The translations under genes were made by a program, and so were the position numbers. The notes under the pieces were generated by a model. It made no database searches and was not told the DNA's origin. It saw only the letters and a program-made list of their open reading frames with translations. A DNA stretch of 64,000 nt from Candidatus Firestoneibacteriota bacterium (GTDB lineage Bacteria; Oederibacteriota; D2-FULL-39-29; JBBTED01): NCBI GenBank assembly GCA_038042445.1, contig JBBTED010000048.1, forward strand, positions 3,663-67,662, in the 5' to 3' direction. This document shows positions 1 through 9,382 of the stretch, in pieces (positions within the stretch are counted from its first letter, which is position 1; each line of letters begins with the position of its first letter).

Positions 1-677
1 AAAAACTCTTTATATTCTTTGTATTCAGATACTTTAGCATTATAATTAAGTCTGCCAAATATAATTTTATCAACAAAAGATATTTCTTCAAGAATTTCCA
101 AGAAATCTTGTGGTATTATATTTGGTGTTGGATATGGTTCTATACTAACCCATGTTTTTAACCCCTTTTTGTGTAAATAATACAAATGCTTAATTCTTTC
201 CTTTATCATTGATGCAAATGGCTCTAACTTTTCCCTATAGTCATCTTTTAAAGTTATTAATGTTATTCCAAATTCATTTTCTTTACTTAAATTGGCAAGG
301 CTTATTGGTAATAGACCTTTTGTTAAAGCTGTACATCTTATATCATCAGCATTAAGCCTCTCAATAATCTTATAAGAAAGTTTTGATATTTCCTCATAAC
401 CATACATAAAAGGGTCTGTTGAAAAACAAAGATGAACAAATTTAATTCTATCTTTGTTTTTAGGTATTTCTTCTTCCAGTAATTCCAAAGCATTAGATAC
501 TATTTTAGGTTCAACCCACTCTTGATAATGTTTTACCTTGCCAAATCTTTTTGCCATCATCATTGCATAACAAGGATACAAACAACCATGAGAACAACCC
601 TCTATATGATTAATAGTATAATCTCCATATTCAACTTCTGTTTTATAAAGCAATGACTTTCTAATTATTGTTTTCAT
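1..677 (-). CDS. Radical-SAM-like protein (SplB/DUF5131-like partner of TcmP), 3' end runs off the window
   Basis: Not in ORF track; hand translation from ATG 677: MKTIIRKSLLYKTEVEYGDYTINHIEGCSHGCLYPCYA...FSTDPF...LTKG...WVSIEPYPTP; open to the window edge; 8 nt after the TcmP-like stop. Confidence 0.75.
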   Translation of the reverse strand, partial: MKTIIRKSLLYKTEVEYGDYTINHIEGCSHGCLYPCYAMMMAKRFGKVKHYQEWVEPKIVSNALELLEEEIPKNKDRIKFVHLCFSTDPFMYGYEEISKLSYKIIERLNADDIRCTALTKGLLPISLANLSKENEFGITLITLKDDYREKLEPFASMIKERIKHLYYLHKKGLKTWVSIEPYPTPNIIPQDFLEILEEISFVDKIIFGRLNYNAKVSEYKEYKEF

Positions 678-685
678 AATAACCA

Positions 686-1771
686 CTATACAAAATATAT
701 AATGTCTTTTCCACTAAGTCCTATATTTGTCTTACTTGTGACTCTTTCCACTTGAATATGTTTTTTCTTTTCCATTTCTTTAAGTGCTTTCCTAATAGCA
801 CTCTCAAGATAAGGAACATCATCAATGATACAGCTTATTAATTGATCAAACGCAATGGTTTTATTTTTAAATTCTTTCTTCAAATATTCACTAATATTTT
901 TTTGCTCTATTTCTGGAGTATCAAACAGCGTAGGATAAATTCTATCTTTACCCAAATATTCAACTTTACCAAAATTATACTTTGCAAAAGCAGATTTCAT
1001 TACAGAACAAGCAAGAGGATGATTAGCAAGATGAAAAAGATAATAATATGTTCTTGCACTATTAGGAAATGCTATTCTATAAGGAAAAACATACTGACAG
1101 ATTGTTTTTAACTTATTCCTAAATAGATTTACTATAGATTTTTCTCTTTCATTGCCTTGAAGTTGAACTAATCCCTTCCATTCATTTCCACCAAAAAGAT
1201 CATTCAGAACACCTTCAATACCTTCTATTAAAAACCTATTTATGTTATTAAACATAAAATTAAGCACAATTTCATGAAATGGCATCTGCATTATTCTTTT
1301 AAGTGTTTTAAATTTTATTTTAAAACCAAATGGATCTATGAAAAAAAATGAAGGATACGGCATATTAAGATTCTTATCAAGTATTTTATTTATTTGATTA
1401 TCAAAATCCCCTTCTATTATAAATGGTTTGACTTTTAACTTTTTTGAATCAAATATTTTTTTAAGGTTATCTACATTTTTCTTGTCTTGTTCAATTATTA
1501 CTATTTGAACATTTCTGTCTAAACTATTAATGTTTTTTTCTATTGTTTCAGCTGCAAGTACAGGTGAACCATAAAATATTTTTTTATCTTCATCAATATA
1601 AGCTCCACTTCCACCATGGCAATCAAAATAAAAGAGATCTTTATTTCTTGAACCAACTATTTTAATCCATTTATCAAAATATTCATTAACAACAAAATGC
1701 TTAATTTTTGTTTGCTCTTCGTAATTCCAAAAAAAATAGTCATATCCAGTTTTATAAATTTTATCCATCAT
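686..1771 (-). CDS. tcmP: Three-Cys-motif partner protein (TcmP-like, SAM-binding Rossmann fold, probable C-terminal wHTH)
   Basis: QTKIKH start motif, YFDCHGGSG (motif-I-like), [18 protein letters not shown]; adjacent to three-Cys radical-SAM-like gene. Confidence 0.75.
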   Translation of the reverse strand: MMDKIYKTGYDYFFWNYEEQTKIKHFVVNEYFDKWIKIVGSRNKDLFYFDCHGGSGAYIDEDKKIFYGSPVLAAETIEKNINSLDRNVQIVIIEQDKKNVDNLKKIFDSKKLKVKPFIIEGDFDNQINKILDKNLNMPYPSFFFIDPFGFKIKFKTLKRIMQMPFHEIVLNFMFNNINRFLIEGIEGVLNDLFGGNEWKGLVQLQGNEREKSIVNLFRNKLKTICQYVFPYRIAFPNSARTYYYLFHLANHPLACSVMKSAFAKYNFGKVEYLGKDRIYPTLFDTPEIEQKNISEYLKKEFKNKTIAFDQLISCIIDDVPYLESAIRKALKEMEKKKHIQVERVTSKTNIGLSGKDIIYFV

Positions 1772-3750
1772 TTTACCTCTGTAATAACTACACTCTCAAA
1801 ACCAAATACATCAACCGCTTTTATGCAAACTTTACGTTTATGTTTTATTTTTGGAACGTGCAGTTTTGTGCTTCTTACAACACGCATTGGATCATTATCA
1901 GATTCTACATTACCTCTATAATCTTGCCATTTACTACGAAAAACATCTCCATCATAATCAGGATCAATGCTCCAATATTCAATAAGAGCAAGTGGATCCT
2001 TAGAAATTATTTCTTGTAGTTTTTCTTTATCTTTTTCTTCAAGTGGTAAAGCATCAGGAGAAAGCAAAACATAGTTATCAAGTTCTATTGTAATCTGCTC
2101 GCTTTCATTATTTAACTCATCAACACGAATAGGTTTAATGGTTAGATATTGAAGTGAAGAAAATCGTATTTTCCCACCTTTTATCAATTTTTGATAAGAT
2201 GCTTTTGTTTTAAGCTTATCAAGTAAATCCGGGGGAATAACAAGCACTTCAATCTGTAGGTCATTTAAATTAAATATAACCTGTCCAATATCTGTTACAA
2301 AATTCCACCCAAGCACTATAACTTTTTTCCATCCACCCATAAAACTACCGCGAAGTTCCTGTGCACGTCTAAGTGTGTTATAGCCAGTAAGTTTAGAAGG
2401 TGAATCAACCATAACAAGTGTACGAGATTCTTTTACATACCCTAAATTCTTTTGAGTAGATTCTGTATCAGAAAAAGGAATAGCTCCATACAAATTCAAT
2501 ACTACATGAGAAAGGTCACTGACACGACGAAACTCACTCTTTTCAAATTGCTCTTTTTGGTAATCACCTATGGATTGATAAAGAAATGGTTTTGCATCTT
2601 GATCAATCAACCGTTTACGCATAATCATACAAGCAGGTTTTCCAATATCTGCCATTATCCAACGTCTTCCAAGTTTTTCAGCTACAGCACCTGTTGTGCC
2701 AGAACCAGCGAAAAAATCAGCTACGATTGAATTATCATTAGATGATGCTTTTATTATACGTTCTAATAATTTTTCATTCTTTTCTGTACCATATCCATAT
2801 TTGAATGTATACGCTTGAATATCCGACCAGTTTGAATCAGCAAATTTTTCTCGATTTGGCTCAACCCAATATTCTGGTTTTCCTGTTTGTGGATTTAATC
2901 TCAACTTATTGTTTTTTATGGCACTATCAATTTTCTCTTGATTCCACATCCAATGCCTTCCTGAAGGTGGAGACAATAATTTATCAAAAAATTTTCTTGT
3001 TTCTCCAGAACCGGGAGCATCCAAAGCATGCCAATAACCTTCTTCTAATATTTCAACAGGAATTGGATTTAAAACTATTCTATTACCTTTCGAATAAAGA
3101 TATATAACATCTGTTGCAACATTGAATCTTTTAATATTTGGATCGTTTTTTTTAACACGACCAACAATAATCTCATTTTTAAAATTTTCTTTCCCAAATA
3201 TTTCATCTAAAATAATTTTTACATAATGACCAACATGCCAATCAATATGAACATAAATAGATCCTGTCTCTGAGAGTAATTCTCTCATTAAAACTAATCT
3301 TGGATATATCATTTTTAAATATGAAACAGTTCCATCTTTCCATGTATCTGAATAAGCAAACTGTTCTATTACTGTTGGTTTTTGTTCAATATCTCCATTT
3401 GGAAGAGTAATTTTAGTACGGTAATCAGCTTTAGAATCAAAAGGTGGGTCAATATAAATTAAATCAATTTTGCCTCGCATAGATGGTAAACCTTGCAATT
3501 CATCACCTGCCAATAATGCCTGCATTACTAAAAGATTGTCGCCATAAATAAGCCTATTGTACCAATTCTGTTTTATATCTTCTTTTACTTTGCCTTTAAA
3601 AAGTGTTTGTGTTTCTCTAGATGGTAAAACATACTCATTTGTCTGTAATATTATCTTTTCTTTTTCCGAAAGCTCATTTAAAATTCTCTCCGCTTCCTTT
3701 TTACCTTCAGCTACAATTTTTGGCAATTGTTCAATCAATGATTCAGACAT
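1768..3750 (-). CDS. Site-specific adenine DNA methyltransferase, beta class, type III Mod-like
   Basis: [14 protein letters not shown] (motif IV) before DFFAGSGTT (motif I); 660 aa with long C-terminal extension. Confidence 0.9.
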   Translation of the reverse strand: MSESLIEQLPKIVAEGKKEAERILNELSEKEKIILQTNEYVLPSRETQTLFKGKVKEDIKQNWYNRLIYGDNLLVMQALLAGDELQGLPSMRGKIDLIYIDPPFDSKADYRTKITLPNGDIEQKPTVIEQFAYSDTWKDGTVSYLKMIYPRLVLMRELLSETGSIYVHIDWHVGHYVKIILDEIFGKENFKNEIIVGRVKKNDPNIKRFNVATDVIYLYSKGNRIVLNPIPVEILEEGYWHALDAPGSGETRKFFDKLLSPPSGRHWMWNQEKIDSAIKNNKLRLNPQTGKPEYWVEPNREKFADSNWSDIQAYTFKYGYGTEKNEKLLERIIKASSNDNSIVADFFAGSGTTGAVAEKLGRRWIMADIGKPACMIMRKRLIDQDAKPFLYQSIGDYQKEQFEKSEFRRVSDLSHVVLNLYGAIPFSDTESTQKNLGYVKESRTLVMVDSPSKLTGYNTLRRAQELRGSFMGGWKKVIVLGWNFVTDIGQVIFNLNDLQIEVLVIPPDLLDKLKTKASYQKLIKGGKIRFSSLQYLTIKPIRVDELNNESEQITIELDNYVLLSPDALPLEEKDKEKLQEIISKDPLALIEYWSIDPDYDGDVFRSKWQDYRGNVESDNDPMRVVRSTKLHVPKIKHKRKVCIKAVDVFGFESVVITEVK

Positions 3751-3789
3751 ATTATTTCTCCCTTAAAACTCCAGAATTTTATTGCTTGT

Positions 3790-3818
3790 ATTATAAGTAT
3801 TTTAATCCAGATTATCAA
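3790..3818 (-). promoter_or_regulatory. sigma70-type promoter of the MTase-TcmP-radical SAM operon
   Basis: TTGATA-17 nt-TATAAT on minus strand, 40 nt upstream of the ATG; GGGAG RBS. Confidence 0.6.
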
Positions 3819-3945
3819 ATATAATCCAACTTACTAATCTTTATATTTTACCAACAACTAAAGAGAATCTATTAACATTTTATCATGAAGAAGAAATAAT
3901 GAATCTAACAAAATTAAATATTTCAGAGATATACTCTCACACTCA

Positions 3946-4605
3946 TTAGTGAGTTATATTACATATTTTGCACTTAGCATTATATTTCATAATCTCTTTG
4001 TCATTCTTTATGTATTTGAATCTATTTTTTCTTGATTGAAATGCATCCTCAATCCAAGTTCGCAATTCAGTACCATTTGTAGGCGAGAACTTATATCTTG
4101 CATAACAATCTTTATGTTCTTTATTCCAATTATCTACAAAACGTTCTGGCAAATGTACACTAGATAAATTAGGTAATAATATACCCAAAAGACCATTCGG
4201 TAAATTATCCGTTCCCTGTCTTAAACTCGCTTTAATTTCCCAATCAACAAAACGCCTACCATGAGTACAAGAACCAAGAAGTACTATAGTTACTGTTGAA
4301 TCTTGAATGTACCTTTTTCGTATTTGCGCAATTACATATTCTGGATTATCACTATTAATAAAATCATCTTCATCGCTGACACCTAAAGCTTTCGGAATAA
4401 ATATTTTTTCTCTTTCAGTCCACCTATATAAAAATAATTTAACTTTATCATCATCCCTGTGGCAAAAGGATATAAAAACTTTCCTTTTGGGTTCTTGTTT
4501 ACGTATTGACATTTCGCGTAGAATCTTTGCAAATCCTGTTTTCCTTCTTTCTTCTTCCATTTTTAATCTCCACACTTTCTGCAAAGGTAATTCATACATA
4601 ATCAA
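3946..4605 (-). CDS. TIR-domain protein, Thoeris ThsB-like (probable true start 4560)
   Basis: KVFISF, YIQDSTVTIVLLG, RRFVDWEIKASL (catalytic-type Glu), PNGLLGILLP; GGAG RBS precedes ATG 4560. Confidence 0.85.
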   Translation of the reverse strand: MIMYELPLQKVWRLKMEEERRKTGFAKILREMSIRKQEPKRKVFISFCHRDDDKVKLFLYRWTEREKIFIPKALGVSDEDDFINSDNPEYVIAQIRKRYIQDSTVTIVLLGSCTHGRRFVDWEIKASLRQGTDNLPNGLLGILLPNLSSVHLPERFVDNWNKEHKDCYARYKFSPTNGTELRTWIEDAFQSRKNRFKYIKNDKEIMKYNAKCKICNITH

Positions 4606-4678
4606 ATATGCATCCTAAAACATATTGTGAAACCATGGATTATAGTCATTGAAAATTATGTTAATTCTTTACATCAAA

Positions 4679-5227
4679 CTATTTCGGCAATAATTGCGGC
4701 TTTTTATTAACATCCACTAATTTATATACCTCAACAAGTTTTGTCTGTAACTTTCTAATCAATACCCTCATATTCTTCCAATCTTCTAAGAACCTCTGAC
4801 AATATGGATACTTTGTTTGTCTCTTAATAGGAGGTAATCTCTTAGCTTTTTTGCCACAATATTCCCACCAATGTCTATAATCCGACTGCCATTTCTCTAA
4901 AAAAGGTCTAAGAACATTTACCATTAAATCATTTATAATAATCCCCAAATGGTTACTTTTACTTTTCTTAAGTTGACCAACTGGAAATTTTCTCATTATA
5001 CTTCTGCATTCTCTAAAGAAATTATGGACAGAATCAAGACTTTCAATAAATACTTCTCCTTTAAAATTTTCACACTTGTGGTCATTGCTCTTCCCAGTTA
5101 CGGACAATCTAGTACTAATTTCAGTATACAATTCCCATGCACATTGCCGATCTTCCTCTGAAATTTCTGCTTGTATTTCTAAAAAACCAAGATTCAATGT
5201 TAAATTCAATTTTTTCAGTTCTGGCAT
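4679..5227 (-). CDS. Hypothetical 182-aa, mostly helical protein between two TIR genes
   Basis: ORF with AGGAG RBS, 11 nt after the TIR stop; AWELYTEISTR and VLRPFLEKW segments; no catalytic motif recognised. Confidence 0.75.
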   Translation of the reverse strand: MPELKKLNLTLNLGFLEIQAEISEEDRQCAWELYTEISTRLSVTGKSNDHKCENFKGEVFIESLDSVHNFFRECRSIMRKFPVGQLKKSKSNHLGIIINDLMVNVLRPFLEKWQSDYRHWWEYCGKKAKRLPPIKRQTKYPYCQRFLEDWKNMRVLIRKLQTKLVEVYKLVDVNKKPQLLPK

Positions 5228-5238
5228 ATAATCTCCTA

Positions 5239-5703
5239 TTAATCAGGATCCTTATCTATCCATTTATCAAGCTTTTCCGGATTCCAATTCATTACTTCTG
5301 TTGATCGTTCACCTAATGCAGATGGTTTCTTAGCATTATCACGATCTTTAAGTCGCATACCTCTTATTCGTTGCCAAGTTTTATCTCCAGATAAGTCATA
5401 TTTCATATTATAAAATGTTTTAATCTCCCAATCAACCCATTCACTATCAAAAGTAGAAGGACCAATAAGCACAACAAGTTTTGAAGCATTATCAAACTTA
5501 GAAATAATTTCCTCCCGTACTGGTTTAGACCTATCATCATTTGGTGGATAAATAATTGGTTTACCACTTTTATCTAGAACTGGATCCTTTAACGAATGAT
5601 CTCTAAAATCCAAAACATGATCTGGATTGTTATTTAAAAGCTTAAATCCATTCACCTGCGAAACATCACCATGGTCATAACTAATAAAGACATTCTTACT
5701 CAT
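5239..5703 (-). CDS. TIR-domain protein, ThsB/MTH538-like
   Basis: KNVFISYDH, ASKLVVLIG, SEWVDWEI (catalytic-type Glu); GAGGAGG RBS. Confidence 0.85.
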   Translation of the reverse strand: MSKNVFISYDHGDVSQVNGFKLLNNNPDHVLDFRDHSLKDPVLDKSGKPIIYPPNDDRSKPVREEIISKFDNASKLVVLIGPSTFDSEWVDWEIKTFYNMKYDLSGDKTWQRIRGMRLKDRDNAKKPSALGERSTEVMNWNPEKLDKWIDKDPD

Positions 5704-5720
5704 AAAATATCACCTCCTCA

Positions 5721-6350
5721 TTATAATTTTCCGATTGTTGTAACAACAATGCCTTGAATTTTAAAGTCCCTTGTTAATATTATTGGTTTATGTGTTTCAT
5801 TCGTAGATCTGGGTTTTAAAACAATTGCCCCTGCCTCACAAAAAAATTCTTTAATAGTTGCCTCATCATCAATAAGTGCAACAACCATATCCCCATTATT
5901 AGCATTAGGCTGCTGACGAACTAAAACAATATCTCCATCATTAATTTTATTTTGATTCATAGAATCACCTTTTGCTCTAAGCAAAAAATATTTGTATGGT
6001 GGCTTAGCTATATCAGTTGACACCAATATCTCTGCACTAACATTTACTTCTGCTAAAATAGGACTACCACACGAGACCACACCAACCAAAGGAACTTTTA
6101 CAGTTTGAGCACATTCCTTGTTATTAATCTCTATATCAATATCTTTTACAAGTTGTAAAGTTGTATCTGATTTTCTTTTAATCCATCCCTTCTTAATTAA
6201 ATTATCTATGTAAATAGAAATGGAACGGGGTGATTTATATTCAAACTCTTTCATAAGTTGACGAACAGATGGACTTTCACCTACATCTATCAAATGGTTA
6301 CGTATCGCCCTTAATACTCCTGTTTCTTTCTTTGATAATCCTATTGCCAT
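5721..6350 (-). CDS. lexA: LexA-family repressor (wHTH plus S24 peptidase)
   Basis: PSVRQL...SPRSI wHTH; VPLVGVVSCG cleavage loop; GDSM (Ser) and ATIK (Lys) dyad. Confidence 0.88.
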   Translation of the reverse strand: MAIGLSKKETGVLRAIRNHLIDVGESPSVRQLMKEFEYKSPRSISIYIDNLIKKGWIKRKSDTTLQLVKDIDIEINNKECAQTVKVPLVGVVSCGSPILAEVNVSAEILVSTDIAKPPYKYFLLRAKGDSMNQNKINDGDIVLVRQQPNANNGDMVVALIDDEATIKEFFCEAGAIVLKPRSTNETHKPIILTRDFKIQGIVVTTIGKL

Positions 6351-6383
6351 TTTTATTTACCCCCTCTTCAGTATACATACACC

Positions 6384-6412
6384 ATTATACACAATACTAT
6401 ACATCTTGTCAA
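6384..6412 (-). promoter_or_regulatory. Consensus sigma70 promoter of the lexA-TIR operon
   Basis: TTGACA (6412-6407), 17 nt, TATAAT (6389-6384). Confidence 0.8.
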
Positions 6413-6476
6413 TAAAATAATGTGGAGAGTTTCTCCAAAATTAAGTTGCGAAATGATATAAATCCATTAAAATCGA

Positions 6477-6499
6477 GCAAACCTAAAGGTTTGCCCTAC
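6477..6499. repeat. GTAG-family REP-like half element (type B)
   Basis: GCAAACCTAAAGGTTTGCCCTAC; same arm at about 25998-26020 and 61500-61522. Confidence 0.8.
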
Positions 6500-6619
6500 T
6501 TTTTATATTATATATATGAACAAAATAGCAGGTAATTTTGAAAAATGGGGAAATTCCACTTACATTTGTATTGACATTTCAAATTACATATTAAATAATA
6601 CATCTGGAGGTGATGTTAA

Positions 6620-6904
6620 ATGATAACTGTAAAAGAAAATACAACATTGGTTGGAATCACTGAATTGAGACACAAGATAGATGAAATTTTAGAAGTGACC
6701 AAAAAAAACAATGTAATAATTGAAAAAAGAAATAAACCAATTGCAGTGCTTTTTCCGATAGACGAATATATAAAAATTCAAGAGATATTAGATATGGTAG
6801 AAGATAAAATGTTTGGACATATTGCTAAAGAAAGATATGAAAAAAGTTCTTCAAAAAATTATATTTCGTTAGAATCTGCCAAGAAAAAGGTCGGAATAAA
6901 ATAA
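6620..6904 (+). CDS. Phd/YefM-family antitoxin
   Basis: VGITELR...VIIEKRNKPIAVL fold; directly upstream of RelE-like gene with TAATG overlap; TTGACA at 6571. Confidence 0.8.
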   Translation: MITVKENTTLVGITELRHKIDEILEVTKKNNVIIEKRNKPIAVLFPIDEYIKIQEILDMVEDKMFGHIAKERYEKSSSKNYISLESAKKKVGIK

Positions 6905-7206
6905 TGTGGAATATTGAAATACATACTTTAGTCTTTGAAGAAGATTTTAAGAAAATAGACTCCTCTATGCAACAAGTAATTCTAAAAGCCATAGAAAAAA
7001 AATTAAGTGTAGATCCAGAAAATTATGGTACACCATTAAGAAATGAATTAAAAGGTTTCTGGAAACTGCCAATATCAAATTATCGCGTTATTTACAGGAT
7101 AGAAAAACAACAAGTAAAAATTCTGGTTGTTAAAATTGGAATAAGAAGAGATTTTGAGGTTTACAAAGAAATGATTCCACGAATGAAAAAATTATTCATT
7201 TCATGA
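6904..7206 (+). CDS. RelE/ParE-family toxin
   Basis: 100 aa, GTPLRNELKGFWKL..NYRVIYRI..VVKIGIRR. Confidence 0.85.
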   Translation: MWNIEIHTLVFEEDFKKIDSSMQQVILKAIEKKLSVDPENYGTPLRNELKGFWKLPISNYRVIYRIEKQQVKILVVKIGIRRDFEVYKEMIPRMKKLFIS

Positions 7207-8702
7207 AAAATTTTTTAAAGTGTATTATCATATTATTTTTAACCTGTTCTGCAAACTATAGTTTTGCTGGACCTGAAATACGGCTTAATAAAATTGCATT
7301 TGATTTTGGGGATGTATCCTCTGACAAAATATTAGAAGATACGCTTATATTTAAAAATACGGGTGATGAGGTTTTAAAACTAAAGGCGCGTGTATCTTGT
7401 GAATGTGTTCAAATAAAACCAGAAACTTTTGATATTAAAAAAGGAGCTATTGCTAAAGCAAAAGTTACATTTAATCCTGCAAAATACTCTAAAAAAGTCA
7501 CATTTTATATTTTTGTTGATACAAATACTACACCTTCTTATGTTACACTTCCTATTTATGCAAATATAATCAAAACAAAAAACATTTTGCCAAAAGCGAA
7601 TATTACACCAGAAAAAAGCAGTGAATTATCAACACCTTATGAACTTGCAATCTTTTACACTTTAAATTGTCAGTATTGCAGAGATTTAAAAGAAAAAATA
7701 ATTCCTGAACTAGAAACAAAAAATAAAATTTACATAAAAATATTTTCTTATCCTTTAAATGAACCAGAGAATTATGAAAAATTGTTATTTCTTGAGGAAA
7801 AGCTACAGGATAAAAATAATAAGATGCCTGCACTATTAATAAATGGTAAATTACTTGGAAAAGATGAAATAGAAAAAGATTTTGAAAATGAATTAAACAA
7901 ATATATAGGCAATAAAAATATTGTGCCAATTTTGGAATTATTTAAAGATTTTAAAAGCAGTGATGCCAATAAATTATTCAGTGGAAAATACAAACCACTT
8001 AAATTTATTCCAGTTATTTTAGCAGGACTACTTGATGGAATAAATCCCTGTGCATTTACAACACTCATTTTTTTACTATCATATTTAACGTTTGCAGGAA
8101 AACAAAAAAAAGAAATACTTCTCACAGGCATAGCATTTACTTTAGCTGTTTTTGTTACATATTTCATAGTTGGATTAGGTGGTTTTAGTTTAATACAATC
8201 TCTCTCCTCTTTTGCCATTATTTCAAAAACAATAAAATGGATAGGCGTATTATTTGCTTTTATAATTGGGATTTTAAATTTCTATGATTATTACCTTTAT
8301 AAAAAAGGTAAAATTAGTGATAACATATTGCAATTACCAAAATTTCTAAAATTAAAAATTCATGAAAAAATCAGAGAAACATCTAAAAGTAAATTATATT
8401 TTACTTCTGCATTTGTATTAGGGTTATTGGTTTCGCTTTTTGAACTTGCCTGCACCGGGCAAGTGTATCTGCCAACAATAGTATATATTGTAAAGGCAAC
8501 ACCATTTAAAGTTTATGGAATAGCATATCTTTTATTATACAATTTAATGTTTATATTGCCACTTTTGATAGTTTTCCTGCTTGTTTATTATGGTGTCACA
8601 TCTGAAAAATTAAGCAGTATATTCAAAGTGCATTTAGGCAAAATTAAAATTTCACTTGGTATTTTCTTTATATCATTAGCAATACTGATATTATTTTTAT
8701 GA
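7203..8702 (+). CDS. Ig-like (DUF1573-like) + thioredoxin-like (CQYC) + CcdA/DsbD-type membrane domain fusion
   Basis: Signal peptide; FDFGDV..FKNTG..SCEC; CxxC; GLLDGINPCAF and ELACTGQVY membrane Cys motifs; several TM helices. Confidence 0.7.
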   Translation: MKNFLKCIIILFLTCSANYSFAGPEIRLNKIAFDFGDVSSDKILEDTLIFKNTGDEVLKLKARVSCECVQIKPETFDIKKGAIAKAKVTFNPAKYSKKVTFYIFVDTNTTPSYVTLPIYANIIKTKNILPKANITPEKSSELSTPYELAIFYTLNCQYCRDLKEKIIPELETKNKIYIKIFSYPLNEPENYEKLLFLEEKLQDKNNKMPALLINGKLLGKDEIEKDFENELNKYIGNKNIVPILELFKDFKSSDANKLFSGKYKPLKFIPVILAGLLDGINPCAFTTLIFLLSYLTFAGKQKKEILLTGIAFTLAVFVTYFIVGLGGFSLIQSLSSFAIISKTIKWIGVLFAFIIGILNFYDYYLYKKGKISDNILQLPKFLKLKIHEKIRETSKSKLYFTSAFVLGLLVSLFELACTGQVYLPTIVYIVKATPFKVYGIAYLLLYNLMFILPLLIVFLLVYYGVTSEKLSSIFKVHLGKIKISLGIFFISLAILILFL

Positions 8703-9382
8703 TTAAACGTATAGCAATTCCTTTTATAATATTTCTTGTGTTATTACTTTTACTAAAAAATATAGTTTTTTCTATAATAATTTCTGTGGTGATTATTTTC
8801 ATTGTTCCACGTTATCTTGAAGCACGTAAGTCAAAAGAATATTTACAAAAATTTGAGCAGGAACTTGCAGATGGCTTTGATTTGATTGCAAACTCAATGC
8901 GTGCAGGAAATGCATTTGTGCAGGCAATAAATGTATTAACTTCTGAAACACAAGGCCCATTAGCCAAAGAATTTAAAACTGTATTACAGGAAAATAAATT
9001 AGGGATGCCTTTAGATGAATCCCTTTTAAAAATGCAGGAACGCGTTAAAAGCGAAGAACTGAATTTGGCAATTACTGCTGTTCTTGTAACAAAAGAAAGT
9101 GGCGGAAATATAGCAGAAATATTAAAAAAGATTTCATCTACCATACGAGAAAGACAAAAACTGCGCGCAAGAATTGATACTTTAACTGCCCAAGGACGTT
9201 TGTCCGGAATTGTAGTAGGACTTCTTCCATTTTTTTTAGCTTTTGCGATATATTTAATAGACCCTGGATTGATTTCGCCAATGTTTAACACCACACTTGG
9301 ATTAATATTAATTTGCATTGCATTAATAATGGAACTTCTTGGTGCCTTTTTTATAAAAAAGGTGGTTGAAATAGAAATATGA
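8699..9382 (+). CDS. tadB: TadB-like pilus assembly platform protein (T2SS F family)
   Basis: LIANSMRAG, ESGGNIAEIL, TLTAQGRLSG. Confidence 0.85.
   Translation: MIKRIAIPFIIFLVLLLLLKNIVFSIIISVVIIFIVPRYLEARKSKEYLQKFEQELADGFDLIANSMRAGNAFVQAINVLTSETQGPLAKEFKTVLQENKLGMPLDESLLKMQERVKSEELNLAITAVLVTKESGGNIAEILKKISSTIRERQKLRARIDTLTAQGRLSGIVVGLLPFFLAFAIYLIDPGLISPMFNTTLGLILICIALIMELLGAFFIKKVVEIEI

Noticed and set aside
1-7206. Prophage or integrative element explanation for the left island
   Set aside because: No integrase, tRNA, att-like repeat or structural phage gene in the window; the left boundary is outside it.
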